In this document: piece after piece, positions 30,579-44,650 of the stretch
Position numbering within the stretch: the first letter of the stretch is position 1
Layout of the letters: the number at the start of each line of letters is the position of its first letter
Assembly: GCA_003605035.1 (NCBI GenBank)
Contig: QZKJ01000118.1
Location: 18,304-82,303, forward strand
DNA length: 64,000 nt
Reading direction: 5' to 3'
DNA from: Desulfurivibrio sp.
Lineage (GTDB): Bacteria; Desulfobacterota; Desulfobulbia; Desulfobulbales; SURF-16
Translations under genes and position numbers: made by a program
The notes under the pieces: model-generated
What the model was told of the DNA's origin: nothing
Databases searched by the model: none
Seen by the model: only the letters and a program-made list of their open reading frames with translations

Positions 30579-31877
30579 ATGGTGCCCATGCAGCCGACCC
30601 ATCTTGATTTTGCCATAGACCATCTCGGCCCCCGGGAGCGGATTTCCCCCATCAACAACATTGACTTTGTCGATGATCGGGAAAGGGTTCTCTATCATAC
30701 CGACCCGGCCCTGGTGGAGGATTGTCGGCGTCGTAACGAGATCCCTCCCTCCTTCGAGGTGGCCGGTCCCCGGCGGCAGATCTTTTTTGATCCGGCTGAC
30801 CTGCATTGCGGCATTGTCAGCTGCGGCGGACTGTGTCCCGGCATCAACGATGTCATCCGCGCCATGGTGCTGAGCCTGTTTTACCACTACGGGGTGACCA
30901 GCATCTGCGGTTTCCGTTACGGCTTCGAGGGGCTGAATCCCGCGTTCGGTCATTCCCCCCTGGAACTTTCGCCGGAGCTGGTCAATGACATCCACCAGAA
31001 AGGCGGCACCATTCTGGGCACCTCCAGGGGACCGCAGGATATCAGCGTCCTGGTGGACACCCTGGAGCGGCGGGGGATCGGCATACTGTTCACCATCGGC
31101 GGCGACGGCACCCTGCGCGGCAGCCGGGCCATTGCCGCTGAAATCAAGCGCCGTGGTCTGCAGATAGCCGTAGTCGGGGTGCCCAAGACTATCGATAATG
31201 ATATCGCCTTTGTGGACCAGTCCTTTGGCTTTGCCACCGCGGTCACCGAAACCAGGACGGCGGTCTACGCGGCGCATATGGAAGCGGTGGGAGCCCGCAA
31301 CGGCATCGGCCTGGTCAAATTGATGGGACGTCAATCCGGCTTCATTGCCGCCTATGCGACCCTGGCCAGCAGTGATGTCAACTTCTGCCTGGTGCCCGAG
31401 ATCCGTTTCACCACCGCGGCGTTTCTGGAGGCCCTGCGGGAACGTCTCGTCAGCAAGCGGCACGCAGTGATCGTGGCGGCGGAGGGGGCAGGCCAGGATC
31501 TGATGGAGGCCACCGGCCAGCGCGACGCCTCCGGCAATATCCGGCTCGGCGACATCGGCACCTTCCTGCGCCAGGCCATCCAGGAGCATTTCAGCTCGAT
31601 AGGCCTGGAATACACCCTGAAATACATTGATCCCAGCTACACCATCCGCAGTGTGCGGTCCAACGCCTATGACTCGGTGTTCTGTCTGCTGCTGGGGCAT
31701 AATGCGGTGCACGCCGGCATGGCAGGTTACACCAACATGCTGGTGGGCTACTGGAAAAACCAGTTTACCCATGTGCCGATCTCGCTGGCCGTCTCCCGGC
31801 GTAAAAAGATCGAGCCCGGCGACCGGTTGTGGAACAATGTCCTGGCGGCCACGGGGCAGCCGGCCGCCATGTACTGA
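30579..31877 (+). CDS. 6-phosphofructokinase, long-form paralogue (GGDG-type, likely ATP-dependent)
   Basis: 432 aa. SCGGLCPGINDVIRA, TIGGDGTLRGS, VGVPKTIDNDI, KLMGRQSGFIA. An alternative ATG at 30588 has better SD spacing (AAAGGA 8 nt upstream). Confidence 0.88.
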   Translation: MVPMQPTHLDFAIDHLGPRERISPINNIDFVDDRERVLYHTDPALVEDCRRRNEIPPSFEVAGPRRQIFFDPADLHCGIVSCGGLCPGINDVIRAMVLSLFYHYGVTSICGFRYGFEGLNPAFGHSPLELSPELVNDIHQKGGTILGTSRGPQDISVLVDTLERRGIGILFTIGGDGTLRGSRAIAAEIKRRGLQIAVVGVPKTIDNDIAFVDQSFGFATAVTETRTAVYAAHMEAVGARNGIGLVKLMGRQSGFIAAYATLASSDVNFCLVPEIRFTTAAFLEALRERLVSKRHAVIVAAEGAGQDLMEATGQRDASGNIRLGDIGTFLRQAIQEHFSSIGLEYTLKYIDPSYTIRSVRSNAYDSVFCLLLGHNAVHAGMAGYTNMLVGYWKNQFTHVPISLAVSRRKKIEPGDRLWNNVLAATGQPAAMY

Positions 31878-31956
31878 AACGTTGTAGCGTCCGAACGTTC
31901 CAGCGTTTCAGTGATCAAACGTTTGAACGTTGCAACGTTACACCGTTTGAACCTTT
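31877..31956. repeat. tandem array of ~10 units of an 8-bp repeat (core AACGTT)
   Basis: AAACGTTG TAGCGTCC GAACGTTC CAGCGTTT CAGTGATC AAACGTTT GAACGTTG CAACGTTA CACCGTTT GAACCTTT. The array fills the whole convergent spacer between the pfk stop and the malQ stop. Confidence 0.85.
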
Positions 31957-33857
31957 CATTCCCCTGCCGACTCCAGTTGCCGGATTAGTTCGTCACGGCT
32001 GCTTCCTCCTGCTTCCCGCCTTCCGGCCCGGAGCGCCATGGCCAGGGCTCCGGGGATGTGCAGAGCGCGGCCCTGGCCGGCCAGCTCCGGGTAACGCTGG
32101 CGGAAATCCGGCGTAATCCGCAGGGACCAGTTGTGGTCGCCTGTTGTGCCCGGAATATTGTAGGCCTCCTCGATGCCGAACAGATCGGTGAAAAAGAGCA
32201 TGACGTTTGTTCCCGGCCCGACAAAGAGATCGGCGAATTTGGCCTGGGCGAGCGCTCCGGCTGCAGACGCAGTGCGTTCTATCCATTCTGCCCGTTCGCG
32301 CTCGGGGATGCGCAGCCGCTCCGCCAGATAGGCGGCCTGCCGGTCTGCGACGCCCGAAGCAACCCATTGTCCGGCCAGCTGCCAGATCGACGGGGTATCA
32401 TGATTGCCCAGCATCAGCCAGTCTTCCGGCCGGGCGTTTTCGCTGCGGTAGACATCGCGGGGGTTGTCCAGGTCCGCCTTCTGGGTAACCCGGAAACGGC
32501 CGAGTCCGTGACGCGCCATCACCTGGCGGATCGGGCAGGGCTGGGTGCTGAGAATTTCGCAGGAGATCTCGCAGACGCCGCGGCAGTTGTCCCGGGCCGA
32601 TTCCATCACCATCTCAAAGAGCGCGGCATAGCGGTCGATCTGTTCCGGCTCCAGCTGCCGGACCCAGTCGTCATCCCAGCGTCTGGCCGCGGGGTTGAGC
32701 TGCCCGGGCCGGGCAATGGCAAAGGGGGCCAGCTCCGGATGATCGGCCAGGTTCGGGGAGGCGAAGAGCCGGGCGCCCTGCTGCACGGCCAGGATGGGGT
32801 CCGGCTGACCGGCGCGGTAGACCCATGGGCAGATGAGACCATGGGGGTGATCGATGCGCAGCCCTTCGTATTCTTCAAACAGTTTGTCAATCCTGGCCCG
32901 GAAGAAACGAAGCGCCGGGCCGGGCCGGCCATCCGACTGGTGATACCGGCGCGGATCGAGCACCGCGTAGTTCCACGGCTGGCCGGCCGGGTTGGTGCGG
33001 CTCGGCGGGGCGCCCATCACGTAATCGCGCAGCAGAAAGGACCGGGCATACCACGCGTCGCGGCCGGATAGGCCGATCTGGCAGTCACCGAACAGGTTGA
33101 GGCCGCGCAGGCCGCAGCCCAGCCTGAACTCCCGGTGCAGCTCGGCCAGCAGGAACTGGATGAAACAGTATTCGTCGATCTCCGCCTGATGACATGTACG
33201 CAGCTCGGCCAGCCTCTGGCGGGCCGCCTCTTCCTGACCTCTGGCCGGCGCGAAGAGACTCTGGTCCAGTCCTGCCTGGCCGTCTTCTCCCCAGTGCCGC
33301 CAGTTGCGGCCGTGGTAGCGGCGGCGGAGGATTTCATAGCAGCCGTCCCGCTCCAGCCAGTCGGCATGGCGGCGCCGGAAGGCGGCAAAGGCCTCCTGCT
33401 GCTCCAAAGACCCTGCGCTGAAACGGTGGCGCGCCTCCTGTTCGATAACCGCGATGGCCCGGGCGGCAAAGAGTGACTGGACGCGGTTTGCCGGCAGGGG
33501 CCGCTGGGCGGCCAGCCCGGCCAGTTGATCAGCGGCCAGTAGATTCCAGGGCGGCTCGCACAGACGCAGGGTGGCCAGGGAGAGGGGATTTCTGGAAAAC
33601 AGGCTGCCGTCGTAGGGGGAGGGATTGGCCGGGGTGGTGATGCCCTGGGGGCCGAGCTGGATGCCGTTAAAGCCCAGGATCCGGGCAAAGTCCAGAAAAT
33701 CGGCCGCCCCCCTGGAATAGGGCGAGCCGCGGCCGATGTCCTCCTCCGGCCGGCTGGGAAAGGCGGCGTCATGCATGCCCAGCAGAAAGTTGTGGATGCC
33801 GAGCACCTGCAGCGCCTCCTTTACCGCCGGCCTCAGTTTTTCAAAATGTTCGATCAT
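31956..33857 (-). CDS. malQ: 4-alpha-glucanotransferase (amylomaltase, GH77)
   Basis: 633 aa. GH77-like catalytic motifs GLRIDHPHGL and MLGNHDTPS. Sits within the glucan locus. Confidence 0.8.
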   Translation of the reverse strand: MIEHFEKLRPAVKEALQVLGIHNFLLGMHDAAFPSRPEEDIGRGSPYSRGAADFLDFARILGFNGIQLGPQGITTPANPSPYDGSLFSRNPLSLATLRLCEPPWNLLAADQLAGLAAQRPLPANRVQSLFAARAIAVIEQEARHRFSAGSLEQQEAFAAFRRRHADWLERDGCYEILRRRYHGRNWRHWGEDGQAGLDQSLFAPARGQEEAARQRLAELRTCHQAEIDEYCFIQFLLAELHREFRLGCGLRGLNLFGDCQIGLSGRDAWYARSFLLRDYVMGAPPSRTNPAGQPWNYAVLDPRRYHQSDGRPGPALRFFRARIDKLFEEYEGLRIDHPHGLICPWVYRAGQPDPILAVQQGARLFASPNLADHPELAPFAIARPGQLNPAARRWDDDWVRQLEPEQIDRYAALFEMVMESARDNCRGVCEISCEILSTQPCPIRQVMARHGLGRFRVTQKADLDNPRDVYRSENARPEDWLMLGNHDTPSIWQLAGQWVASGVADRQAAYLAERLRIPERERAEWIERTASAAGALAQAKFADLFVGPGTNVMLFFTDLFGIEEAYNIPGTTGDHNWSLRITPDFRQRYPELAGQGRALHIPGALAMALRAGRREAGGSSRDELIRQLESAGE

Positions 33858-33858
33858 G

Positions 33859-33929
33859 AACCCAATAACCCAACCAACCCAACCAACCCAATCAACCCAA
33901 TTAACCCAATCAACCCAATCAACCCAACC
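33859..33929 (-). repeat. tandem array of ~8 units of a 9-bp repeat (plus strand AACCCAAYC; mRNA strand TTGGGTTGR) spanning the glgB stop to the malQ start
   Basis: AACCCAAT AACCCAACC AACCCAACC AACCCAATC AACCCAATT AACCCAATC AACCCAATC AACCCAACC CCCCC. The glgB stop codon (33919-33921) lies inside the array, and the malQ ATG (33857) is 2 nt from its end. Confidence 0.9.
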
Positions 33930-35813
33930 CCCCCTTCAGCCGAAACACCACCACAGCCAGGGGCGGCAGGGTGATATTGATCGACTGGTACTGGCCGTGC
34001 ATGGCCACCGGGGTCGCCTCCACCCCGCCCAGGTTGCCCTGGCCGCTGCCGCCGTAGAGGGTGGCGTCGCTGTTTATCCGCTCCTCCCAGTAGCCCGGTT
34101 CCGGCACCCCCAGTCGGTAGTTGTGGCGGGGTACCGGGGTGAAGTTGGCGATGCAGACCAGGATGTCACGGCTGTCCCTGCCCCGGCGCAGGAAACTGAC
34201 GATGCTCTGGTTATGGTCGGTGCAGTCGATCCAGGCAAAGCCGGCCTGGTCGAAATCAAGCTCGTGCAGGGCAGGCTCACCGCGCAGAAAGGTGTTGAGG
34301 TCCCGCACCCAGCGCTGCATCCCCTGGTGCAAGGGATACTGCAGGTGGGACCAGGCGATGCCGGCATCATGGTTCCATTCCGGCCACTGGGCGATTTCAT
34401 TGCCCATGAACAGCAGCTTCTTGCCCGGGTGGGTGTACATGTAGCCGTACAGCAGCCGCAGGTTGGCGAACTTGCGCCACTCGTCCCCCGGCATCCTGGC
34501 GATCATCGAGCCCTTGCCGTGGACCACCTCGTCGTGGGAAATGGGCAGCACGAAATTCTCCTGAAAGGCGTAGAGCAGGCTGAAGGTGAGGTTATGGTGG
34601 TGATGGGGGCGGTGAATCGGGTCCTTGCCCATGTAAAGCAGGGTGTCGTGCATCCAGCCCATGTTCCACTTGAAGCCGAAGCCGAGCCCCCCCACATAGG
34701 TCGGCCGGGAGACCATGGGCCAGGCGGTGGACTCCTCGGCCATGGTTATGATGTCCGGATGTTCCGCGTAGACCAGCTCGTTGAAGCGCTTGATGAAGGT
34801 GATGGCCTCCAGGTTTTCGCGGCCGCCGTAACGGTTGGGAATCCATTCCCCCTCCTTGCGGGAATAGTCGAGGTAGAGCATGGAGGCCACCGCATCCACC
34901 CGCAGGCCGTCGATATGGTAGACCTCCAGCCAGAACAGGGCGTTGCTCAGCAGGAAGTTGGCCACCTCGCGCCGGCCGAAGTTGAAGATGAAGGTGCCCC
35001 AGTCCTGGTGCTCGCCCTGGCGGGGGTCGGCATGCTCGTAGAGATGGGTGCCGTCAAAGTAGCCGAGGCCGTGGGCGTCACGGGGGAAATGGGCCGGCAC
35101 CCAGTCGAGAATGACGCCGATGCCGTGCCGGTGCAGGGTGTCGATCAGGTACATGAAGTCCTGGGGGGTGCCGAACCGGCTGGTGGGGGCGAAATAGCCG
35201 ATGGTCTGGTAGCCCCAGGAGCCGTCAAAGGGATGTTCGTTGATCGGCAGCAGCTCCACATGGGTGAAGCCCAGGTGACTGACGTATTCGGCCAGTCTGC
35301 CGGCCATGTCCCGGTAAGTGAGAAAGCCTCCTTCTTCGTCGCGCATCCAGGAGCCGAGATGCACCTCGTAGATGGCGATCGGCGCGTCGATCCGGTGGCG
35401 CTCGGCCCGGGAGGCCAGCCATTCACTGTCCTGCCACTGGTAGCCGGCGAGATCCCAGACGATGGAGGCGGTAGCCGGCCGTATTTCAAAAAAGAAGGAA
35501 TAGGGATCGGCCTTCTGCATCCGGTAACCCTGGTACTGGGAGGTAATATCGAACTTGTACAGGGCGCCTTGACCGATGCCGGGCACAAAGCCCTGCCAGT
35601 GGCCGGTGTCGCCGGTGTTTTGCAGCACATTGGCAGTCGGGTCCCATTTGTTGAAATCACCGACCACCGCTACCCGGGAGGCGTTGGGGGCCCAGACCGC
35701 GAAATGGGTGCCCTGGCCAACGGGATGGGCGCCGAGTTTCTCCCAGGCCCGGTAATGGGTGCCCTCGGCCAGCAGGTGCAGGTCGTAGTCGCTCAGAAAA
35801 TCCTTGCTTGCAT

Positions 35814-35817
<4 letters not shown>
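33919..35817 (-). CDS. glgB: 1,4-alpha-glucan branching enzyme
   Basis: 632 aa. GH13 motifs [40 protein letters not shown]. Confidence 0.93.
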
Positions 35818-39161
<3,344 letters not shown>

Positions 39162-39171
39162 CGGCTCTCCT

Positions 39172-39251
39172 TAAGCGTTACAGCGTTTCAACGTTTCAAC
39201 GCTCGAACGCTCGAACGCTTAAACGTTTGAACGCTTGATCGCTTGAACGTC
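39172..39251. repeat. tandem array of 10 units of an 8-bp repeat (core AACGYT) between the glgE stop and the treS start
   Basis: TAAGCGTT ACAGCGTT TCAACGTT TCAACGCT CGAACGCT CGAACGCT TAAACGTT TGAACGCT TGATCGCT TGAACGTC. The array ends 1 nt from the treS SD (GGAGAG on the minus strand). Confidence 0.9.
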
Positions 39252-39255
39252 TTTC

Positions 39256-41265
39256 CTACATAAAGTAATCGAAATCGTGCTCGGTGCGCAAGCGCCGCCG
39301 TACCCGGAAGATCTGGGCCGGGGAGGAGGCGGGATCGAGCCGGACGTAATTGCGGCTGCCCTGCCACAGGTAGCGGCTGTCGCCGATCAGCTCGTGGACC
39401 TGGTAGATCTCGTTGTCAGCGATGGCCAGTTCCTCCAGGGGCACCTCCAGCCAGCCTTCCTGCACATGGTGGGGGTCGAGGTTGACCGCCGCCAGGATGA
39501 TGTTGCTCAGGTCCTCGGTGTGCTTGCCGTAGAAAAGCAACTGCTCATTATCCACCGGGTAGAAGGCCAGTCCGCGGTTGGCGGCCAGGGCGGCATTTTC
39601 CCGGCGGATGCGGTTGATTCTGGCGATAAAGGCGCGCAGGTTGCCGGGACTGCTCCAGTCCCGCGGTTTGATCTCGAATTTTTCCGAATTGAGATATTCC
39701 TCGCTGCCCGGCAGGGCCTCGTTTTCCAGCAGTTCAAAGCCGCTGTAAATGCCGTAGCTGGCCGACAGGGTGGCGGCCAGCACCAGGCGGGTCATGAAGG
39801 CCGGCCGGCCGCCGAACTGCAGATATTCGGGCAGGATGTCCGGGGTGTTGGCAAAGAAGTTGGGCCGGAAATATTCGTAGACCTCGGTGTTGACCAGTTC
39901 CTGCAGATACTCGGTCAGCTGCCATTTGGTGTTTCGCCAGGTGAAATAGGTATAGGACTGACTGAAGCCGGCCTTGGCCAGGGCATACATGACCCGGGGC
40001 CGGGTAAAGGCCTCGGAGAGAAAGACGGTGTCCGGATAATCGCGGCGCACCTCGCTGATCAGCCATCCCCAGAAGCGCAGGGGCTTGGTGTGGGGATTAT
40101 CCACCCGGAAGATCCGCACCCCGCGGTCGATCCAGAAGAGGACCACGCTTTTCAGTTCCAGCCACAGGGACTGCCACTCCTGGCAGTCGAAGTTGAGCGG
40201 GTAGATATCCTCGTATCGTTTCGGTGGATTTTCGGCGAATTTGATGGTGCCGTCCGGCCGGTGCCGGAACCATTCCGGATGTTCGCGCACGTAAGGATGA
40301 TCCGGCGAACACTGGAAGGCGAGATCCAGGGCCAGGGTCAGTCCCTGTCTGCCGGCGGATTCGAGCAGGGCGTCAAAGTCCGCCAGGGTACCGAGGTCAG
40401 GATGCACATCCTTGTGGCCCCCCGCCTCGGAGCCGATGGCCCAGGGGCTGCCGGGGTCCCCCGCTTCCACCGACAGCCGATTGTTGCGGCCTTTGCGGTT
40501 GGTGCGGCCGATGGGATGGATGGGGGGAAGGTAGAGGACGTCGAAGCCGAGACGGGCGATCTCCGGCAGCATCTTTTCCAGGTCGGTAAAGGTGCCGCTC
40601 CGCTCCGGCGAGGAGGTAACGGAACGTGGGAATATTTCATACCAGGCACTGCAGGCGGCAATAACCGGTTCCACGGTCACGACGAGGTGCGGCTCGAAAA
40701 CACTCTCCCGGCTGCGATCAGGATAGCGGCTCATCATGGCGCCGGCATCGGCGGCGGTGGCAAGGGTTACCCGCTCGGCGGCTGATCCGGCGCCCCGCAG
40801 TCTGGCAGCCAGGGCTGAAAGCCACTGACGGTCCGGCTCGGCCGCCCGCCCGAGGGCGGCCTCGATCATGGCCGCGCCTTCCAGTACTTCGCTCTCCACT
40901 GTTTGGCCGGCGGAGAATTTCTTCCGCAGATCCTTCTGCCAGGTGGAAAAATGATCGATCCAGGCCTTGACCGTGTACTCAAAGGTGCCGAGGCTGTCCA
41001 CCGGGAATGCCGCACTCCACCGGTCACCTGCAAGCCGGGCCATGGCGGTTTCCTGCCAGTTCCGCTCAGCCTGCCGGTGGCAGAGGACCGCTTGCACCTC
41101 ATCGTGGCCATCGGCAAAAACAAAGGCTGAAACCTGGACTTTTTCGCCAATGATGCGCTTGATCGGGAAACGGCCGCAATCCACCTGCGGAGAGATGTTT
41201 TCTATCCACACTCTGGCCGCTTTCTCCCTTGGCAGGGGAGGGGGGAGGTTCTGTTCTGCCGGCAT
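39256..41265 (-). CDS. glgE: alpha-1,4-glucan:maltose-1-phosphate maltosyltransferase
   Basis: 669 aa. N-terminal domain IENISPQVDCGRFPIKR and GH13 core GVRIFRVDNPHTKP, characteristic of GlgE. Confidence 0.9.
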   Translation of the reverse strand: MPAEQNLPPPLPREKAARVWIENISPQVDCGRFPIKRIIGEKVQVSAFVFADGHDEVQAVLCHRQAERNWQETAMARLAGDRWSAAFPVDSLGTFEYTVKAWIDHFSTWQKDLRKKFSAGQTVESEVLEGAAMIEAALGRAAEPDRQWLSALAARLRGAGSAAERVTLATAADAGAMMSRYPDRSRESVFEPHLVVTVEPVIAACSAWYEIFPRSVTSSPERSGTFTDLEKMLPEIARLGFDVLYLPPIHPIGRTNRKGRNNRLSVEAGDPGSPWAIGSEAGGHKDVHPDLGTLADFDALLESAGRQGLTLALDLAFQCSPDHPYVREHPEWFRHRPDGTIKFAENPPKRYEDIYPLNFDCQEWQSLWLELKSVVLFWIDRGVRIFRVDNPHTKPLRFWGWLISEVRRDYPDTVFLSEAFTRPRVMYALAKAGFSQSYTYFTWRNTKWQLTEYLQELVNTEVYEYFRPNFFANTPDILPEYLQFGGRPAFMTRLVLAATLSASYGIYSGFELLENEALPGSEEYLNSEKFEIKPRDWSSPGNLRAFIARINRIRRENAALAANRGLAFYPVDNEQLLFYGKHTEDLSNIILAAVNLDPHHVQEGWLEVPLEELAIADNEIYQVHELIGDSRYLWQGSRNYVRLDPASSPAQIFRVRRRLRTEHDFDYFM

Positions 41266-41640
41266 TGTTTTTGCTCCGTGAAGATATTTGGGAGGGTTGA
41301 TTTTGGCTCACCATTAACCGCAATATTTATGCCATCCATTGATGACGAGGCAGATCAGGAGGCTGGCAATGGGGTGCGTTAGCTGATAAGGGTATCGCAA
41401 GCGGCGCAACGAACAAGAAAAGGCCGCGGACAGGATGACCTGCCGGGCAGCGGCAGGGACATTCCCGTGAAGTTGCGTTAGAGGGGAAAAGTCGAGGGCC
41501 GGAATCGTTTAATCAGGAGTGGCGATGATTTTGCATAACAAAGCATGAGTTTGCAGAAAGCTGTCTGAAGAATGAGTCGCAGCCGGGCAGTACTGCCGGG
41601 CGTCGGCTGCGGCAGATAAATCCGGCAAGGAGGAAAAATC

Positions 41641-42165
41641 ATGCTGCTGACCAGCAAGAAGGCCGTTATCCTGGTGGAGACGCTCTACAATGATCGTGAA
41701 TTCTGGTATCCGTACTATCGTCTCAGGGAAGAGGGGGCGGAGGTTTGTGTGGTCGGCCCTGAGGCCGGCAGGGAGTACCGGGGCAAAGATGGCATCATGG
41801 CCAGGGCGGACAAGGGCATGAACGAGGTCCAGGCCCGGGACTATGATGCCATCATCATCCCGGGCGGCTATGCGCCTGATCATATGCGCCGGCACCCGGC
41901 CATGGTGAGCCTGGTGAAGGATTTTCACGCCGCGGGCAAAATCGTGGCAGCCATCTGCCATGCCGGCTGGATGCTCGCTTCGGCCGATATCCTCAAGGGG
42001 AGAACGGTCACCGCCTTTTTTGCCATCAAGGATGATCTGGTCCATGCCGGCGCCAATTTCGTTGACCAGGAGGTGGTCAGCGACGCTAATCTGGTCACCA
42101 GCCGCAAACCCGAAGACCTGCCGGCTTTCATGCGGGTGATCATCGACAAGATGGCGGGGCGCTAG
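41641..42165 (+). CDS. DJ-1/PfpI-family protein (intracellular protease/amidase type)
   Basis: 174 aa. IIIPGGYAPD and the nucleophile elbow AAICHAGWML. GGAGGA lies upstream of the ATG. Confidence 0.85.
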   Translation: MLLTSKKAVILVETLYNDREFWYPYYRLREEGAEVCVVGPEAGREYRGKDGIMARADKGMNEVQARDYDAIIIPGGYAPDHMRRHPAMVSLVKDFHAAGKIVAAICHAGWMLASADILKGRTVTAFFAIKDDLVHAGANFVDQEVVSDANLVTSRKPEDLPAFMRVIIDKMAGR

Positions 42166-42324
42166 CCTGAATGCCGTTGTGTGCTGGTGTCTGAACAAAC
42201 ACAAATGCAGTTAGTTGCAACGAAATGCTCAGAGGTCGGGTTAACGCTTGTGCTTGCCAGATGATCAGCATGGTCGAGCCCTGGCAAGGGAATACCCGCG
42301 GCTTCGCACTTGTCCCGCGGAAAC

Positions 42325-44469
42325 TCACCCGGTGGATTTTGCCGGGGACTTCAAAACGACGAGGGAGCGGGAAGCTGTTTCATGCTTTCCCCGTACCGGC
42401 CTGCCGCTCTGTTTGGGGTCCCAGGTTTCCCCGGTATGCAGAACAAGTTCCCACCGGTTGCCGGGAACATCACGGGGCAGGACAAAGGAGACCGCCTCAT
42501 CCTGGGCATTGAGGATGATCAGCAGGGTGTCATCGAGGATTTTATTCCCTTCTTCATCCATCTCTTCGATGGCGTCGCCGGCAAGCCGGAAGCCGAAACA
42601 GCACAAATCGGGATTCCGCCACTCCTCTTCGCTCATCTCTCTGCCGTTCGGCATGAACCAGGTCAGGTCCTTAACCTCGGAGCCGCTGATCTTTCTTCCC
42701 ATGAAGAACCTGCGGCGCCGCAGCACGGGGTGCTTCCGGACAAGGGAAACGACCTGTCTGGTAAATTCCAGCAGGGCACGATCCTCTTCAGCAAGATCCC
42801 AGTCGATCCAGGAAATTTCGTTGTCCTGGCAGTAGCTGTTGTTGTTGCCCTGCTGGGTGTTGCCCATCTCGTCACCGGCCAGCAGCATGGGAACTCCCTG
42901 GGACAGGAACAGGGTGGCGATAAAGTTTCTTTTTCGCTGCTGCCGCAGGAGCCTGATTGCAGGGTTGTCGGCGGGCCCCTCCGCTCCGGTGTTCCAGCTC
43001 AGATTGTCATCCATGCCGTCACGGTTTACCTCGCCATTGGCCTCATTGTGCTTTTCGTTGAAGGAGACGAGATCGTGCAGGGTAAAACCATCGTGGCAGG
43101 TGACAAAATTGATGCTGGCATAAGGCCGGCGACCGTCAAGCTGATACAGATCGGAGGAGCCGGTCAGACGATAGGCCAGATCGCTCAGCTGGCCCTGGTC
43201 GCCACGCCAGTAGCGCCGGACCGTATCGCGGTATTTACCGTTCCACTCGGCCCAGAGAATGGGGAAGTTGCCCACCTGATAGCCGCCTTCTCCCAGATCC
43301 CAGGGTTCGGCGATGAGTTTGACCTGGGAGAGGACCGGATCCTGATGAATGATATCGAAAAAGGCGCCCAGCCGGTCCACGTCGTGCATCTCCCGGGCCA
43401 GGGCGGCGGCGAGATCAAAGCGGAAGCCGTCCACGTGCATTTCCAGCACCCAGTAGCGCAGACTGTCCATGATCATCTGCAGAACGCGGGGATGCATCAT
43501 GTTCAGGGTGTTGCCGGTGCCGGTATAGTCCATGTAGTAACGGGGATTTTCCGGGTCAAGACGGTAGTAGGCGGAGTTGTCGATGCCCCGGAAGGAGAGG
43601 GTGGGGCCGAGCTGATTACCCTCGGCGGTGTGATTGTATACCACGTCGAGGATCACCTCCAGCCCTTCCCGGTGGAATTGTTTTACCATCTCTTTGAACT
43701 GGGGTACCTGTTCGCCCCGGCCGGTCTTGCTGCAATATCGGGCATCAGGAGCGAAATAGCCGATGGAATTGTAGCCCCAGTAGTTGGTCAGCCCCCTGTC
43801 CAGCAGATGTCCTTCCACCACGAAATGGTGCACCGGCATCAGTTCCACCGCCGTAACGCCGAGGGCTTTGAGATGCGCGATAACAGCCGGATGGGTCAAG
43901 CCGGCGTAAGTGCCTCGTATTTCCGGTTCCAGCGCTGGGTGCAGGGCAGTCAAACCCTTGACATGCAGTTCGTAGATAAAGGTTTTATACCAGGGAATCT
44001 TGGGAGGACGGTCCCCCTCCCAATCAAAGGCGGGATCAATGACCACGGATCTGGGCGTGAAGGGGGCACTGTCACCGGGATTTCTGGAAAGGTCGCCTTC
44101 CGCGTCCCCGATGGTGTATCCGAACACGCAGTCATCCCACTTGATCGTGCCCGTGATCGCCTTGGCATAGGGGTCCAGCAGCAGTTTTGCCGGGTTGAAG
44201 CGCAGCCCCGATTCCGGTTCATAGGGACCGTACACCCGGTAGCCGTAGAGCTGGCCCGGCTTGATCCCCGGCAGGTAGGCATGCCAGACCTGATCGGTAT
44301 ATTCCGGCATCCGGATGCGCGCACTTTCCTGATACTGCCCGCTGTCATCAAACAGGCAGAGTTCCACCTTCTCGGCGCCGCCCGAAAAGAGGGCGAAGTT
44401 GCATCCCCTGCCGTCCCAGGTCGCTCCCAGGGGATAGGGATTGCCCGGTAAAACTTTCAGCTGATGCAT
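42325..44469 (-). CDS. glgX: glycogen debranching enzyme GlgX
   Basis: 714 aa. [23 protein letters not shown]-terminus. GH13 motifs [32 protein letters not shown]. Confidence 0.93.
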   Translation of the reverse strand: MHQLKVLPGNPYPLGATWDGRGCNFALFSGGAEKVELCLFDDSGQYQESARIRMPEYTDQVWHAYLPGIKPGQLYGYRVYGPYEPESGLRFNPAKLLLDPYAKAITGTIKWDDCVFGYTIGDAEGDLSRNPGDSAPFTPRSVVIDPAFDWEGDRPPKIPWYKTFIYELHVKGLTALHPALEPEIRGTYAGLTHPAVIAHLKALGVTAVELMPVHHFVVEGHLLDRGLTNYWGYNSIGYFAPDARYCSKTGRGEQVPQFKEMVKQFHREGLEVILDVVYNHTAEGNQLGPTLSFRGIDNSAYYRLDPENPRYYMDYTGTGNTLNMMHPRVLQMIMDSLRYWVLEMHVDGFRFDLAAALAREMHDVDRLGAFFDIIHQDPVLSQVKLIAEPWDLGEGGYQVGNFPILWAEWNGKYRDTVRRYWRGDQGQLSDLAYRLTGSSDLYQLDGRRPYASINFVTCHDGFTLHDLVSFNEKHNEANGEVNRDGMDDNLSWNTGAEGPADNPAIRLLRQQRKRNFIATLFLSQGVPMLLAGDEMGNTQQGNNNSYCQDNEISWIDWDLAEEDRALLEFTRQVVSLVRKHPVLRRRRFFMGRKISGSEVKDLTWFMPNGREMSEEEWRNPDLCCFGFRLAGDAIEEMDEEGNKILDDTLLIILNAQDEAVSFVLPRDVPGNRWELVLHTGETWDPKQSGRPVRGKHETASRSLVVLKSPAKSTG

Positions 44470-44500
44470 CCGGGGCCGGGGTCAACAGGTATGTTCATGG

Positions 44501-44650
44501 TCATGGGGAGCCTTTTGTCAGCAGGGCGTGCCCTGCCGGATGCGGATGCAGGTGCGAGCGGATGATAACCTCTCCCGAGCTGCCGCATTTCATACAGTTC
44601 CGGGCGCTGGTTTCCGCTATTCCCAGGCATTCCGGGCATTTGTCCGCCAT
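44501..44650 (-). CDS. possible 49-aa zinc-ribbon protein upstream of glgX, unverified
   Basis: MADKCPECLG...CMKCG (CxxC..CxxC). ATG at 44650 has AAGAGG 7 nt upstream. The ORF ends 32 nt before the glgX start. The longer track ORF (to 44806) has no better support. Confidence 0.35.
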   Translation of the reverse strand: MADKCPECLGIAETSARNCMKCGSSGEVIIRSHLHPHPAGHALLTKGSP

